Below, piece by piece: positions 1 through 8,314 of a stretch of 64,000 nucleotides of DNA. A program made the position numbers and the translations under genes. The stretch's first letter is position 1. Each line of letters starts with the position of its first letter. The notes under the pieces are model-generated. The model did no database searches. It was given only the letters and a program-made list of their open reading frames with translations, and had not been told where the DNA came from. Source of the stretch: a virus; IMG/VR virus record IMGVR_UViG_3300042923_001352, positions 7,490 through 71,489 of that record; one strand, written 5' to 3'.

Positions 1-1
1 T

Positions 2-448
2 TGGTGGGGTTATCCATATGATGTGTACAATTTCACAATGTTACAAGAAATCATGGCTGGTTTACTTGGAGTAGAAGTTGGCAAGTATACTCATATTGCA
101 GACTCACTTCATCTTTACGAAATGCATTTTGAAGCAGCTCAAAAAATGATTAACAATGAACACACTTCTGTTTATAACTCATTTGAACCAATTGACGCTC
201 GTCTTCAACTGGGAGAGTTGGATAAAACTGCAGATAAGGTGTTTACTGTCGAACATATTACTCGTGAGAATGGTGCTGATGTAAAAGTTGAAGAGGTAAT
301 AAACCTCATTAACGAGATACAAAATGAGTATTGGAAATCATTGGCAGCATCAATTGCAACATACAATTTTAAGAAATCAAAAAGAGACCTTCATGAAACC
401 GATGAACTTAGAAAGTACATTACAAATGAATTTAATGGACTTCTTTAA
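2..448 (+). CDS. 3' part of thymidylate synthase-fold enzyme, probably dCMP hydroxymethylase-type (gene starts before window)
   Basis: Frame is open from base 2: WWGYPYDVYNFTMLQEIMAGLLGVEVGKYTHIADSLHLYEMH aligns with ThyA GLPFNIASYALL...GDFVWTGGDTHLY; Asp at the position of E. coli ThyA Asn177. Confidence 0.8.
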   Translation, partial: WWGYPYDVYNFTMLQEIMAGLLGVEVGKYTHIADSLHLYEMHFEAAQKMINNEHTSVYNSFEPIDARLQLGELDKTADKVFTVEHITRENGADVKVEEVINLINEIQNEYWKSLAASIATYNFKKSKRDLHETDELRKYITNEFNGLL

Positions 449-454
449 TAACTT

Positions 455-479
455 AACCCTATCTATTAGATAGGGTTTT
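455..479 (+). terminator. intrinsic terminator
   Basis: AACCCTATCTA/TAGATAGGGTT inverted repeat followed by T-rich tail. Confidence 0.75.
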
Positions 480-560
480 ATTTTTAATCTGCTTCATTAA
501 AAAATAATCTTTTAATATATATAATTCAATAAAGATTTGATGATAATGGAGGAAATAAAA

Positions 561-974
561 ATGAAAACATGGACAAATTATGAAGACGTACTACTTGCAA
601 GTTGTTTTGTTGAATCATTTAGTGCAAATAAAACTACTCATGATGCAATTGCATATTTTGCGTCATCTAGCAAAGGTCGCACTATGACCGAGATAAAAGC
701 AAGATGGGATGAAGTTGTTAAGGACAAATATGCCGATATGATTAATAAAGCTTTAAAGAAAAAGGTTATAAAGGTGAAAGAAGAGCAAAAGCAAGAATTA
801 ACAATGGATGTAGTAATTCAATTTTTGCAAAACTATAAAAAAGCGCCACAAGATCAAAATGATAGTGAATTACTAGAAGAAGTAATTAAATTGAGAATGG
901 AAAATCAACAATTACAGGAAAAATATGACAAAATATATGCAAATATAGAGAGTTTGAAAAAAATTCTGAACTGA
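561..974 (+). CDS. RsfA/YlbO-family (Myb-like) transcription regulator
   Basis: WTNYEDVLLA...GRTMTEIKARWDEVVKDKY..I.KA and LTMDVVIQFLQ plus C-terminal coiled coil match RsfA pattern WxxEEDLLLA...RTxxxxxxRWNxxV; GGAGG RBS favours ATG 561. Confidence 0.65.
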   Translation: MKTWTNYEDVLLASCFVESFSANKTTHDAIAYFASSSKGRTMTEIKARWDEVVKDKYADMINKALKKKVIKVKEEQKQELTMDVVIQFLQNYKKAPQDQNDSELLEEVIKLRMENQQLQEKYDKIYANIESLKKILN

Positions 975-985
975 GAGGGACAAAA

Positions 986-1408
986 ATGTCTGAATTTATA
1001 AAGATTAAAGATTCAAAATTTGACAAAGAAAAATACAAAGAAGTTGTTGAAACGATTGAAAATTACGCCGTTGGGTCTATTCTCACTGGTAAAAATGTTG
1101 TTTGTTCTGTAGACCCCACATCAGATATTTGCAGTACATTAAGGTATAGACGTAGTGATAGCGGAATATCTACAATTGTCGAAGTGAAATTTCCTATAAA
1201 TAAAGACAGTTGGAATTATAAATTCATTATTAGATTTCAAGATAATAAATTTGATCCAAGTGGGTTTAAGGGAGTCTTTGCTAAAGAAAAATATAAGTAT
1301 AGACTTCAAAGAAGTGGAAATTATTTTGATTATGAAATCACAACAAATATTGATAATCACGTTGAGCAAGTAAAGCGTCTAATGAAATTGTTTAGAAAAT
1401 ATCTGTGA
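986..1408 (+). CDS. hypothetical protein (paralogous small-ORF family)
   Basis: 140-aa ORF with GAGGG RBS; ENYAVGSILTGK motif shared with ORF 9814. Confidence 0.7.
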   Translation: MSEFIKIKDSKFDKEKYKEVVETIENYAVGSILTGKNVVCSVDPTSDICSTLRYRRSDSGISTIVEVKFPINKDSWNYKFIIRFQDNKFDPSGFKGVFAKEKYKYRLQRSGNYFDYEITTNIDNHVEQVKRLMKLFRKYL

Positions 1409-1419
1409 GGTGATACAAT

Positions 1420-1755
1420 GTGTGGAATAAAATTAAATTGTTTCTTGGAAAACTAAAGAGGTTTGTAATTTATTTCGTGCAGATTATGTTAGTGATATTT
1501 TTTGGATTGTTTTTAATAGTTTCTAACCAAAAGGCTAACGAAAAGAATTCTCAAGACACACAAGCTCCACCAAAATTAAGTCAAAATTTTGTGTCTATTG
1601 AAAAAGATGATTCATTAGAATTGTACTTGGATTTAGAAAATGGATGCAAATATTACAAAGATTTTGGTATAAAGTATAAAAGAGATGGAAAAACAATAGA
1701 CTGCGACCTTAAGTATGTTGACAACTATAAAAAAAAGAAGAAGGAGACAAAATGA
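1420..1755 (+). CDS. hypothetical membrane-anchored protein
   Basis: GAGGTG RBS, one N-terminal hydrophobic segment. Confidence 0.65.
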   Translation: MWNKIKLFLGKLKRFVIYFVQIMLVIFFGLFLIVSNQKANEKNSQDTQAPPKLSQNFVSIEKDDSLELYLDLENGCKYYKDFGIKYKRDGKTIDCDLKYVDNYKKKKKETK

Positions 1756-1985
1756 AGCAAATTGATGTTTGTCTAGATAGACATTTTACAGGTCAACTTC
1801 CGTTAAAAGCCAAATGGCAAGCTAGATGGCACAAGGATCATTCACATATGTTGATCCTTTTTCATTATCAACATGTAGTTTTGATTTATGACACTATTGC
1901 AAAAAAAGTTGAATATGAATGGTGGGAAGTTCCGACTGATAAGCGTGGCTTAGATGCAGCAAAAGAGTATCTTGCAAAGATGTAA
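1752..1985 (+). CDS. hypothetical protein
   Basis: AAGGAG RBS, ATGA overlap with upstream stop. Confidence 0.7.
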   Translation: MKQIDVCLDRHFTGQLPLKAKWQARWHKDHSHMLILFHYQHVVLIYDTIAKKVEYEWWEVPTDKRGLDAAKEYLAKM

Positions 1986-2054
1986 ATTTTATTCTACCTT
2001 TTAATAATAATATAGATAGATTAGAATCAAAGTGGATGGATTGGAGGTAGATGT

Positions 2055-2855
2055 ATGAATAAACATCCTAAAGTAATGGACAAAGAGTTAACTGATTTAA
2101 ACTGGGGCGGAGAACAATATGATTTCATTGGTGACATTCACGGTTGTTATGAAACGTTGAAATCGCTTTTGGAAAAATTGGATTACAAGTTTAATGATAG
2201 TAATAACTGTTGGGTTCACTCAAGTGGCAATAGAATTCCTGTTTTCCTCGGTGACTTGGTTGATAGGGGTCCAGCATCATATCAAGTTATCGCATTGGTT
2301 ATGCAAATGGTGCGAAATAATCTAGCTAAATATGTTCCAGGCAATCATTGTAACAAGCTATTTAGACATCTAAAAGGTAACAACGTAAAGGTTGGAAACG
2401 CTTTAAAGATAACTCTTGTTCATATTGAATATGAAAAGAAGCAAAATTTTGAAGAAGTTAACAGAGTGCTAAATGATTTTGTTGATTATATCGATAAATG
2501 CAAATATCATATTGTTCTAGATAAAGGTAATGTAATTGCTGTGCATGCAGCTGTCGATGTTGAAAATGTTGGAGTTTACAACAAGAGAACCAAAGAGAAA
2601 AACATTTATGGCTTTTTAGATAACTCTAAGGTTGACGAAGACGGAAGACCATTAAGAATTCCAACTTATGATATCTACAAAGGTAAATCATTAGTGGTAC
2701 ATGGACACATTGCCAATGAAGAACCAATTTTCAAAAATAATGTGTTAGACATAGACACTGGCTGTGGAATTAAAGGTGGAAAATTAACTGCATATAGATA
2801 TCCTGAAGGAAATTTTGTTTTAGTTGATGTCATTGATGAAACCGCTACAATTTAG
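2055..2855 (+). CDS. calcineurin-like phosphoesterase, PrpE / bacterial Pnkp phosphatase-module type
   Basis: GDIHG, GDLVDRG, GNHCNKL, VHA, HGH, IDTGC..GGKLTAYRYPE motifs; GGAGG RBS. Confidence 0.85.
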   Translation: MNKHPKVMDKELTDLNWGGEQYDFIGDIHGCYETLKSLLEKLDYKFNDSNNCWVHSSGNRIPVFLGDLVDRGPASYQVIALVMQMVRNNLAKYVPGNHCNKLFRHLKGNNVKVGNALKITLVHIEYEKKQNFEEVNRVLNDFVDYIDKCKYHIVLDKGNVIAVHAAVDVENVGVYNKRTKEKNIYGFLDNSKVDEDGRPLRIPTYDIYKGKSLVVHGHIANEEPIFKNNVLDIDTGCGIKGGKLTAYRYPEGNFVLVDVIDETATI

Positions 2856-2871
2856 CGGTTTTTATTCTTTA

Positions 2872-2900
2872 TTTACAAAAATTGATAAATTTAATATAAT
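2872..2900 (+). promoter_or_regulatory. sigmaA-type early promoter
   Basis: TTTACA-17nt-TATAAT directly after terminator hairpin 2839-2863. Confidence 0.7.
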
Positions 2901-2928
2901 ATAAGTATAAGAACAAGGAGGGTTTATA

Positions 2929-3183
2929 TTGCGATTTTTAAAATCAATTGGTAAAGGTTTTCTTCAAGCTCAAAGAGATTTTTGGCGAGACATGAAGGCG
3001 GTATGGAAATCAGCATTAGTAACTTATTTAATGTTAATTATAGTTGCCATTATTACTGGTAAAAGCATGGACACAGTGATGGTGTGGTTTGTTGTATTTT
3101 GTACGGGACTTGCAGCATTTGCATTAATTTATTGTCTCATTATATTTTTCTTAAACAAGAAAAATATAAATAAAAAAAAATAA
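2929..3183 (+). CDS. hypothetical membrane protein (2 TM)
   Basis: AAGGAGG RBS, TTG start, two hydrophobic helices. Confidence 0.65.
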   Translation: MRFLKSIGKGFLQAQRDFWRDMKAVWKSALVTYLMLIIVAIITGKSMDTVMVWFVVFCTGLAAFALIYCLIIFFLNKKNINKKK

Positions 3184-3211
3184 TGAAGAGAGCTTATAAC
3201 TCTCTTTTTTA

Positions 3212-3241
3212 TTTAACTAATTCCTACACAGTACATATAAT
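3212..3241 (+). promoter_or_regulatory. putative promoter, class TTTAACT-N15-YATATWAT
   Basis: Same motif and spacing at 4330 and 11377, each between a terminator and an RBS. Confidence 0.5.
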
Positions 3242-3272
3242 ATATGTATATTAAAAATTGGAGGGATTAAAG

Positions 3273-3683
3273 ATGAACGAGGTTTTTGGAGATATGATTT
3301 CCGAAGAAAGTATGAAAAACGCTAAAAATAGAATAAGATCTTTAAATGGTTCATATCATAAATTAAATAAAGAAGCACATAATGCTTCTGTTGGTCTTGA
3401 GAAATTACTTGATACAATTAAGCATACAAAAAAAGCTATGAGCAATTCAAATCAACCAGAATTAATCCAAGAAATACATTTTGAGTTAAACAAAATAGCG
3501 TACTTGATGGAAGATTTCATTAGTGAGTTCAAACCTATGTATGATGAAATTAATAATCGTTATATAATTGAACAAATGTCTGGTACTTTTGAAAAGAAAG
3601 AGCAAGTAAATTATACAAGTCACGGAGATAGTGCTGTATATAATACTATAAATTTAAATTATGGTTGGGATAAAGAAAATTAA
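3273..3683 (+). CDS. hypothetical coiled-coil protein
   Basis: GGAGGG RBS before ATG 3273. Confidence 0.65.
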   Translation: MNEVFGDMISEESMKNAKNRIRSLNGSYHKLNKEAHNASVGLEKLLDTIKHTKKAMSNSNQPELIQEIHFELNKIAYLMEDFISEFKPMYDEINNRYIIEQMSGTFEKKEQVNYTSHGDSAVYNTINLNYGWDKEN

Positions 3684-3743
3684 AAATGCTATTAACCTTA
3701 TTAAACAAAATAAGGTTAATTTTATTTAAAGGAAGTGTTTTAC

Positions 3744-4298
3744 ATGAAAAGACTGCTTAAAAAAGCAAGCAGGCCACTCTATCATGGAACAAGTGATATT
3801 TTTTTAGATTCAATTTTAGCTAACGGTATCACACCAGGATTAGATAATGGTAATGTATCGGATTCAAATTCAGATACTAGTGTAGTTTATGTTACCCATG
3901 ATTTAAAAGAGGCTAAGTTTTTTGCTGAAAATGTCAGTAGAGACAAGGGTGGGTCACCAATTGTTGTAGAAGTAAACATTGATGAATCTAGATTGGTACC
4001 AGATGAAAATACATTTAACTATGACATCTATGATTTTGATAAAACTATGGAACTTGCTGAAGTTGATGAAGAGGGAATGGAAGACATTTGGGGTTATAAG
4101 AGAGAAGATAACGCTCAATATTATGTTTTCATGGAAGGTTTTCGCGGAGATGATCCAATTGAATATACTCCAGGAGAAAAACCATTTGTTGGTGGAGACA
4201 TTTTTGATACTTTAAATCAAGATTTAGCAAAATATCCTGGTCCAATTGCAGCAAGTGAAATAGTGAATGTACATCAAAATAAACAATACCAATTTTAA
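3744..4298 (+). CDS. ADP-ribosyltransferase-fold protein (H-Y clade / Tpt1-KptA-like) with MKRLLKKA leader
   Basis: LYHGTS...I..NGITP...VYVT.D...A..FA...PIVVEV pattern typical of ART/Tpt1 NAD-binding domains. Confidence 0.6.
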   Translation: MKRLLKKASRPLYHGTSDIFLDSILANGITPGLDNGNVSDSNSDTSVVYVTHDLKEAKFFAENVSRDKGGSPIVVEVNIDESRLVPDENTFNYDIYDFDKTMELAEVDEEGMEDIWGYKREDNAQYYVFMEGFRGDDPIEYTPGEKPFVGGDIFDTLNQDLAKYPGPIAASEIVNVHQNKQYQF

Positions 4299-4320
4299 AG
4301 TCAGAGAAATCTGACTTTTT
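4298..4320 (+). terminator. intrinsic terminator with GAAA tetraloop
   Basis: AAGTCAGA-GAAA-TCTGACTT-TTT. Confidence 0.8.
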
Positions 4321-4329
4321 ATTTTATTG

Positions 4330-4359
4330 TTTAACTAAGTATTGGAAACGTTATATTAT
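4330..4359 (+). promoter_or_regulatory. putative promoter, class TTTAACT-N15-YATATWAT
   Basis: TTTAACT 4330-4336, TATATTAT 4352-4359. Confidence 0.5.
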
Positions 4360-4385
4360 AAATATATAAGGACGAGGTGAATAAA

Positions 4386-5225
4386 ATGTTTGATAAAAAA
4401 GCATTTCAAAGAGAAATTGCTGCAAAAACAGTAGAGATAACAAAGACAGGTAGCTACAAAGTTGAAAAAAAAGAAGTTTCTATTAAAAATGATCTTGACA
4501 AGGCTATTACTGGATCAATTTTGTACACACCAAAGATGATTGATGAATTAGATGTAACAACTAAAGGTAATTATCAAACAATTGTCGAGGTAAGAAATGA
4601 AACAACTTTACATGCAGCTAAGCGACTAAAAGAAGAAGGTTATTCTAAAGTTGTTGCACTTAATTTTGCTTCAGCCAGAAAACCAGGTGGTGGTTTCCTT
4701 AATGGCGCTACAGCTCAAGAAGAAAGCTTGGCATATGCATCCGGTCTTTATCCATGCATTGCTCAAATGAAAGAAATGTATGAGTACAATGAAAAATTTA
4801 AATCTGCACTTTACTCTGATTATACTATTTATAGTCCAGAAGTTCCGGTGTTTAGAAGTGACAGCTTTATGTTTCTTGAAAACCCATATAACTGCTCTTT
4901 TATTACCATGCCAGCTCCAAATGCAGGTATATTGAAGGAAAGAGAACCTAATAGAATGAATGAATTAGATGCTGTAATGAAACGTCGAATTGAAAAGACA
5001 TTAACTCTTGGAGTAGCACATGGTTATGATGCAATTGTTCTTGGTGCATTTGGTTGCGGAGTATTTCAAAATGATCCATGGAAAGTAGCTAAAAATTTCT
5101 CAGAGTTTTTGTATAAGGATGATAGATTTAAAGGACAATTTAAAAAAGTCATTTTTGCAGTATTAGATAAAGAGCCAAACACTCCACTCTTATCAGCATT
5201 TAGAAATACTCTTGGTGGAAGATAG
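4386..5225 (+). CDS. TIGR02452/DUF2263 microbial-type poly(ADP-ribose) glycohydrolase (macrodomain PARG)
   Basis: LNFASARKPGGGFLNGATAQEESL (GGG-X6-QEE catalytic loop) and LGAFGCGVFQNDP; GAGGTG RBS favours ATG 4386. Confidence 0.92.
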   Translation: MFDKKAFQREIAAKTVEITKTGSYKVEKKEVSIKNDLDKAITGSILYTPKMIDELDVTTKGNYQTIVEVRNETTLHAAKRLKEEGYSKVVALNFASARKPGGGFLNGATAQEESLAYASGLYPCIAQMKEMYEYNEKFKSALYSDYTIYSPEVPVFRSDSFMFLENPYNCSFITMPAPNAGILKEREPNRMNELDAVMKRRIEKTLTLGVAHGYDAIVLGAFGCGVFQNDPWKVAKNFSEFLYKDDRFKGQFKKVIFAVLDKEPNTPLLSAFRNTLGGR

Positions 5226-5243
5226 GAGAAATCCTATCTTTTT
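5219..5243 (+). terminator. intrinsic terminator with GAAA tetraloop
   Basis: AAGATAGGA-GAAA-TCCTATCTT-TTT. Confidence 0.8.
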
Positions 5244-5258
5244 ATTTTGAAAAAAATA

Positions 5259-5287
5259 TTTACAAAAAAATGATAATGTGATATAAT
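5259..5287 (+). promoter_or_regulatory. sigmaA-type early promoter with extended -10
   Basis: TTTACA-17nt-TATAAT with TG upstream of -10. Confidence 0.75.
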
Positions 5288-5315
5288 AATTATATAAGGA
5301 ACGGAGGAGAATGAA

Positions 5316-6263
5316 GTGAACCACATCATATATGACCTTGAATGGGACGAAAATGGCAAAAGAGAAATTATTGAAATTGGCGCGACTAAATTAGCAGTTA
5401 TTGATGGTGTTTTAACTATTGTTGATAACTACCAGAGTTTTGTTTGTCCAACAAAACATGAGTATACTGATTTTTGTGAAAGATTCACTGGTATTCCAAG
5501 AACAACTGTTGAAGCAGCAAATAAATTCCCAGAAGTACTAGATGAATTTATTGCTTGGATTGGCCCAGAAGAACATACATTTTGTGTTTGGGGAAACAGT
5601 GATAAAGGAATCTTTCATAGAAATTGTCATATGCACAACATTAATATTGAAAATTGGATGTCAAACGGTAATGATATTCAAATTCAAATAACCAAGCTCT
5701 TAGGCTTTGAAAAGCACCAGCGTCTCAGTTTAAAGAGAGCAATTGGTCTTCTTGACATTGAACACGATGGAGGCTCTTATCATAGAGCTGATTTTGACGC
5801 TAAAGGTGCAGCAAAAGTTATGATGCGATTTTTCGATAAGTTGGAGTTACATCTAAATGTAAAAGGGGGAAAACCGCTTAAAAGAAAAACAAACGCGAAT
5901 ATTGAATCCTTTGTTTTCAACGATAGGAAACAAATGGCAGCTTGGATGGAAGGAAGACTTGATCCAATTTTAGATGAAGTACCAGCTCCAATCAGAGAGG
6001 ACATTTTGAAAGATGTCACTCGTTGGGAAGATGCTATAGATATTCTTAAATATGAATGTCTCAAGATTTTCAATAGTGAAGAAACTCAAGAGATGACAAT
6101 GAGAGATGAAAAAGTTTTTTATGAGTGGGTAAAAAATACTCATCCAGACAATTCATTCATACTACTAGCACTCAAACATGGATATGATAGTGATAGAGAT
6201 TCAATGTGGAGAAAGCATCTCTTTATGAGAACTTTTCACTTTAAAAATCAAAAAGTATCTTAA
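5316..6263 (+). CDS. DEDDh 3'-5' exonuclease (KapD/ERI1-like) fused to an extra C-terminal helical domain
   Basis: YDLE, EIIEIGA, TGI, WGNSD, HRADFDA exonuclease motifs in first ~180 aa; GGAGG RBS, GTG start. Confidence 0.8.
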   Translation: MNHIIYDLEWDENGKREIIEIGATKLAVIDGVLTIVDNYQSFVCPTKHEYTDFCERFTGIPRTTVEAANKFPEVLDEFIAWIGPEEHTFCVWGNSDKGIFHRNCHMHNINIENWMSNGNDIQIQITKLLGFEKHQRLSLKRAIGLLDIEHDGGSYHRADFDAKGAAKVMMRFFDKLELHLNVKGGKPLKRKTNANIESFVFNDRKQMAAWMEGRLDPILDEVPAPIREDILKDVTRWEDAIDILKYECLKIFNSEETQEMTMRDEKVFYEWVKNTHPDNSFILLALKHGYDSDRDSMWRKHLFMRTFHFKNQKVS

Positions 6264-6277
6264 GAAATTGAAATGAG

Positions 6278-7009
6278 TTGATGAATTTGGCCAATTTTCT
6301 CATACAAACAATAGATAAACAAGTAAAGCATGATTTTTCTTTTGGATTGATTGAAGCTATAGAGTATCAAAATTGGCTAAATAAAGGTACTCATAGTTAT
6401 TGTTTAGCAGAAAATATGTTTGAGAGTGATTTTTCAAGCTATGTTCCATCCGGAACAATTCAATTCGTAAAAAGATTTATAGCAACATATCATGACGTTC
6501 ACACTATTAGTCCAATCAATGTACCAAACTCTTTAATGAACATAGAATACTTGAAAAGAAATTGTGAAATCCTGGAACGTTCCAAAATAGAATTCAATGT
6601 GAATAAAAAATTCGTTAAATCAAACGAAATACTCAAAGGTTTTACTGGAGTAGTGAGTAGTCTCAAGGAAGTACCAGAAACAAGTTCAAAATATTTAGTT
6701 TCTGATGTAGTTGAAATTGATTCAGAATGGAGAACTTTTATCTTTGACAACAAAATAATTGGCCTGCAAAATTATTCTGGTGACTTCACGACATTTCCTG
6801 ATGTTGATTTTATCAAAAGATGCGTTGCTAAATATTCGGATTCGCCACCAGCGTATACTCTGGACATAGGCATCAACAAGGAACTAGGATCATTTGTAAT
6901 AGAAGCTCACAATTTTTATTCTTGTGGTTTATATGGCTTTAATGATTGCAAGATATTACCGCAAATGTTCATACGTTCTTTTTATCACTTATTAAAAAAT
7001 AAATACTAA
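6278..7009 (+). CDS. ATP-grasp domain protein (R2K clade / DUF4343-like)
   Basis: PSGTIQFV, FVKS...KGFTG, SEWRTFI, AYTLDIG, VIEAHNFYSCGLYG. Confidence 0.8.
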   Translation: MMNLANFLIQTIDKQVKHDFSFGLIEAIEYQNWLNKGTHSYCLAENMFESDFSSYVPSGTIQFVKRFIATYHDVHTISPINVPNSLMNIEYLKRNCEILERSKIEFNVNKKFVKSNEILKGFTGVVSSLKEVPETSSKYLVSDVVEIDSEWRTFIFDNKIIGLQNYSGDFTTFPDVDFIKRCVAKYSDSPPAYTLDIGINKELGSFVIEAHNFYSCGLYGFNDCKILPQMFIRSFYHLLKNKY

Positions 7010-7023
7010 TTTGGAGGAATAAT

Positions 7024-7515
7024 ATGTACGTTTTTGGTCCTGATTGGAATGATAGAGTTGACACTGAAGATGGAGCTAAACGCTTTGAAAATCTTTACAA
7101 AATGTCTCACTACAAGATGATAGTCAATCACGAGACTTTTCATATTACTCGTATTTTTCCCAATAAATATCAGCATATTGCTTTTATTGAAGGTATGGAT
7201 GGTAGTGCAAATTGCGTATTTACATTGAAACCTGGCGAACATCTTATGGTGTATAGTAGTGGTTGTATGGGTGATAACGCAGTCTTCAATACGGATGGAA
7301 TAGCTTTTGTTCGCCTTATCAGGGATTGCAAAGAGGTAGCTATGTGGGCTGTTGACCAATCCCCGTATGACTATACAGATGAAGATTATGATAACCATGA
7401 ACTTGATCGTGAGGAAGTTATGGAAAATATCAGAAAAGCGATCAAAGAGTCTGTTGAAGGTGAAATGGAATACGAAGTAACCAGTGAAAACACTCTAATT
7501 GTTGGTCAATTATAA
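7024..7515 (+). CDS. hypothetical protein
   Basis: GGAGG RBS, 163-aa ORF. Confidence 0.7.
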   Translation: MYVFGPDWNDRVDTEDGAKRFENLYKMSHYKMIVNHETFHITRIFPNKYQHIAFIEGMDGSANCVFTLKPGEHLMVYSSGCMGDNAVFNTDGIAFVRLIRDCKEVAMWAVDQSPYDYTDEDYDNHELDREEVMENIRKAIKESVEGEMEYEVTSENTLIVGQL

Positions 7516-7523
7516 GATATCTG

Positions 7524-7550
7524 AGAGTAGGAGAAATCCTACTCTTTTTT
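7524..7550 (+). terminator. intrinsic terminator with GAAA tetraloop
   Basis: AGAGTAGGA-GAAA-TCCTACTCT-TTTTT. Confidence 0.85.
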
Positions 7551-7558
7551 ATTTTCAG

Positions 7559-7587
7559 TTTACAAAATCAATGAAATGTGATATAAT
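7559..7587 (+). promoter_or_regulatory. sigmaA-type early promoter with extended -10
   Basis: TTTACA-17nt-TATAAT, near-identical to 5259 promoter. Confidence 0.75.
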
Positions 7588-7613
7588 ATTAATATAAGGT
7601 AAGGAGGATGGAT

Positions 7614-8030
7614 ATGAAACAAAAGATACAAGTTTCTGAAATTGAAATGCAAGTTGATGATGTTGAAGAAAATCTTCAAGACATCATAGATACAATTCTA
7701 TGTTCAGCTACCATACTCGAATACAGAATTGGTCATATTGTAGAGAGAAATGGTAGCAAAATATTATTACATTGCAAACCTTATTGCTTTAGTATAAATT
7801 TCTACTATCATCAACAAGATGATAAAAATAAATTACATCAAATTTACATAACAGACAGTGTTGACGGTGAATGGAATTTTGAATTTAGGCAAAAAAGATT
7901 CCAAGCTTGTGGGGATATCAATTCAATCAATGGTGTAGGGTTTGTTAAACCACTTGACAATTTTTTAAAGTGCTTAACCCTCTTTGATACAAAGACCGGT
8001 ATTTTTAAGGAGGTCGGGGTGATAAAATGA
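7614..8030 (+). CDS. hypothetical protein
   Basis: AAGGAGG RBS; first gene of tightly coupled small-ORF operon. Confidence 0.7.
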   Translation: MKQKIQVSEIEMQVDDVEENLQDIIDTILCSATILEYRIGHIVERNGSKILLHCKPYCFSINFYYHQQDDKNKLHQIYITDSVDGEWNFEFRQKRFQACGDINSINGVGFVKPLDNFLKCLTLFDTKTGIFKEVGVIK

Positions 8031-8314
8031 TTGGTGCAGCAATTATGTGGATGATAATGAGTTCCCCTATTTTTCTAGCTAAAAAGTTGAATCTAAAAAC
8101 CAACCCAGTTAGCAATAAATTGTATAGATGTATGTTTTATTGTGGAGCAGTAACTTTCATTGCAAGTATTGCACAAATGATATACAATTCTTTGTACTGG
8201 AACATTGTATACGGAGTGGTTGTCTTATTTATGGGAGTTTTTTCAATTAAAACTATTAATGATTGGAGAATTGCTCAAGAAGTTATGGATGAAATTACAA
8301 GGGAGGAAAAATAG
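8027..8314 (+). CDS. hypothetical membrane protein (3 TM)
   Basis: Overlapping start/stop, hydrophobic segments. Confidence 0.65.
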   Translation: MIGAAIMWMIMSSPIFLAKKLNLKTNPVSNKLYRCMFYCGAVTFIASIAQMIYNSLYWNIVYGVVVLFMGVFSIKTINDWRIAQEVMDEITREEK

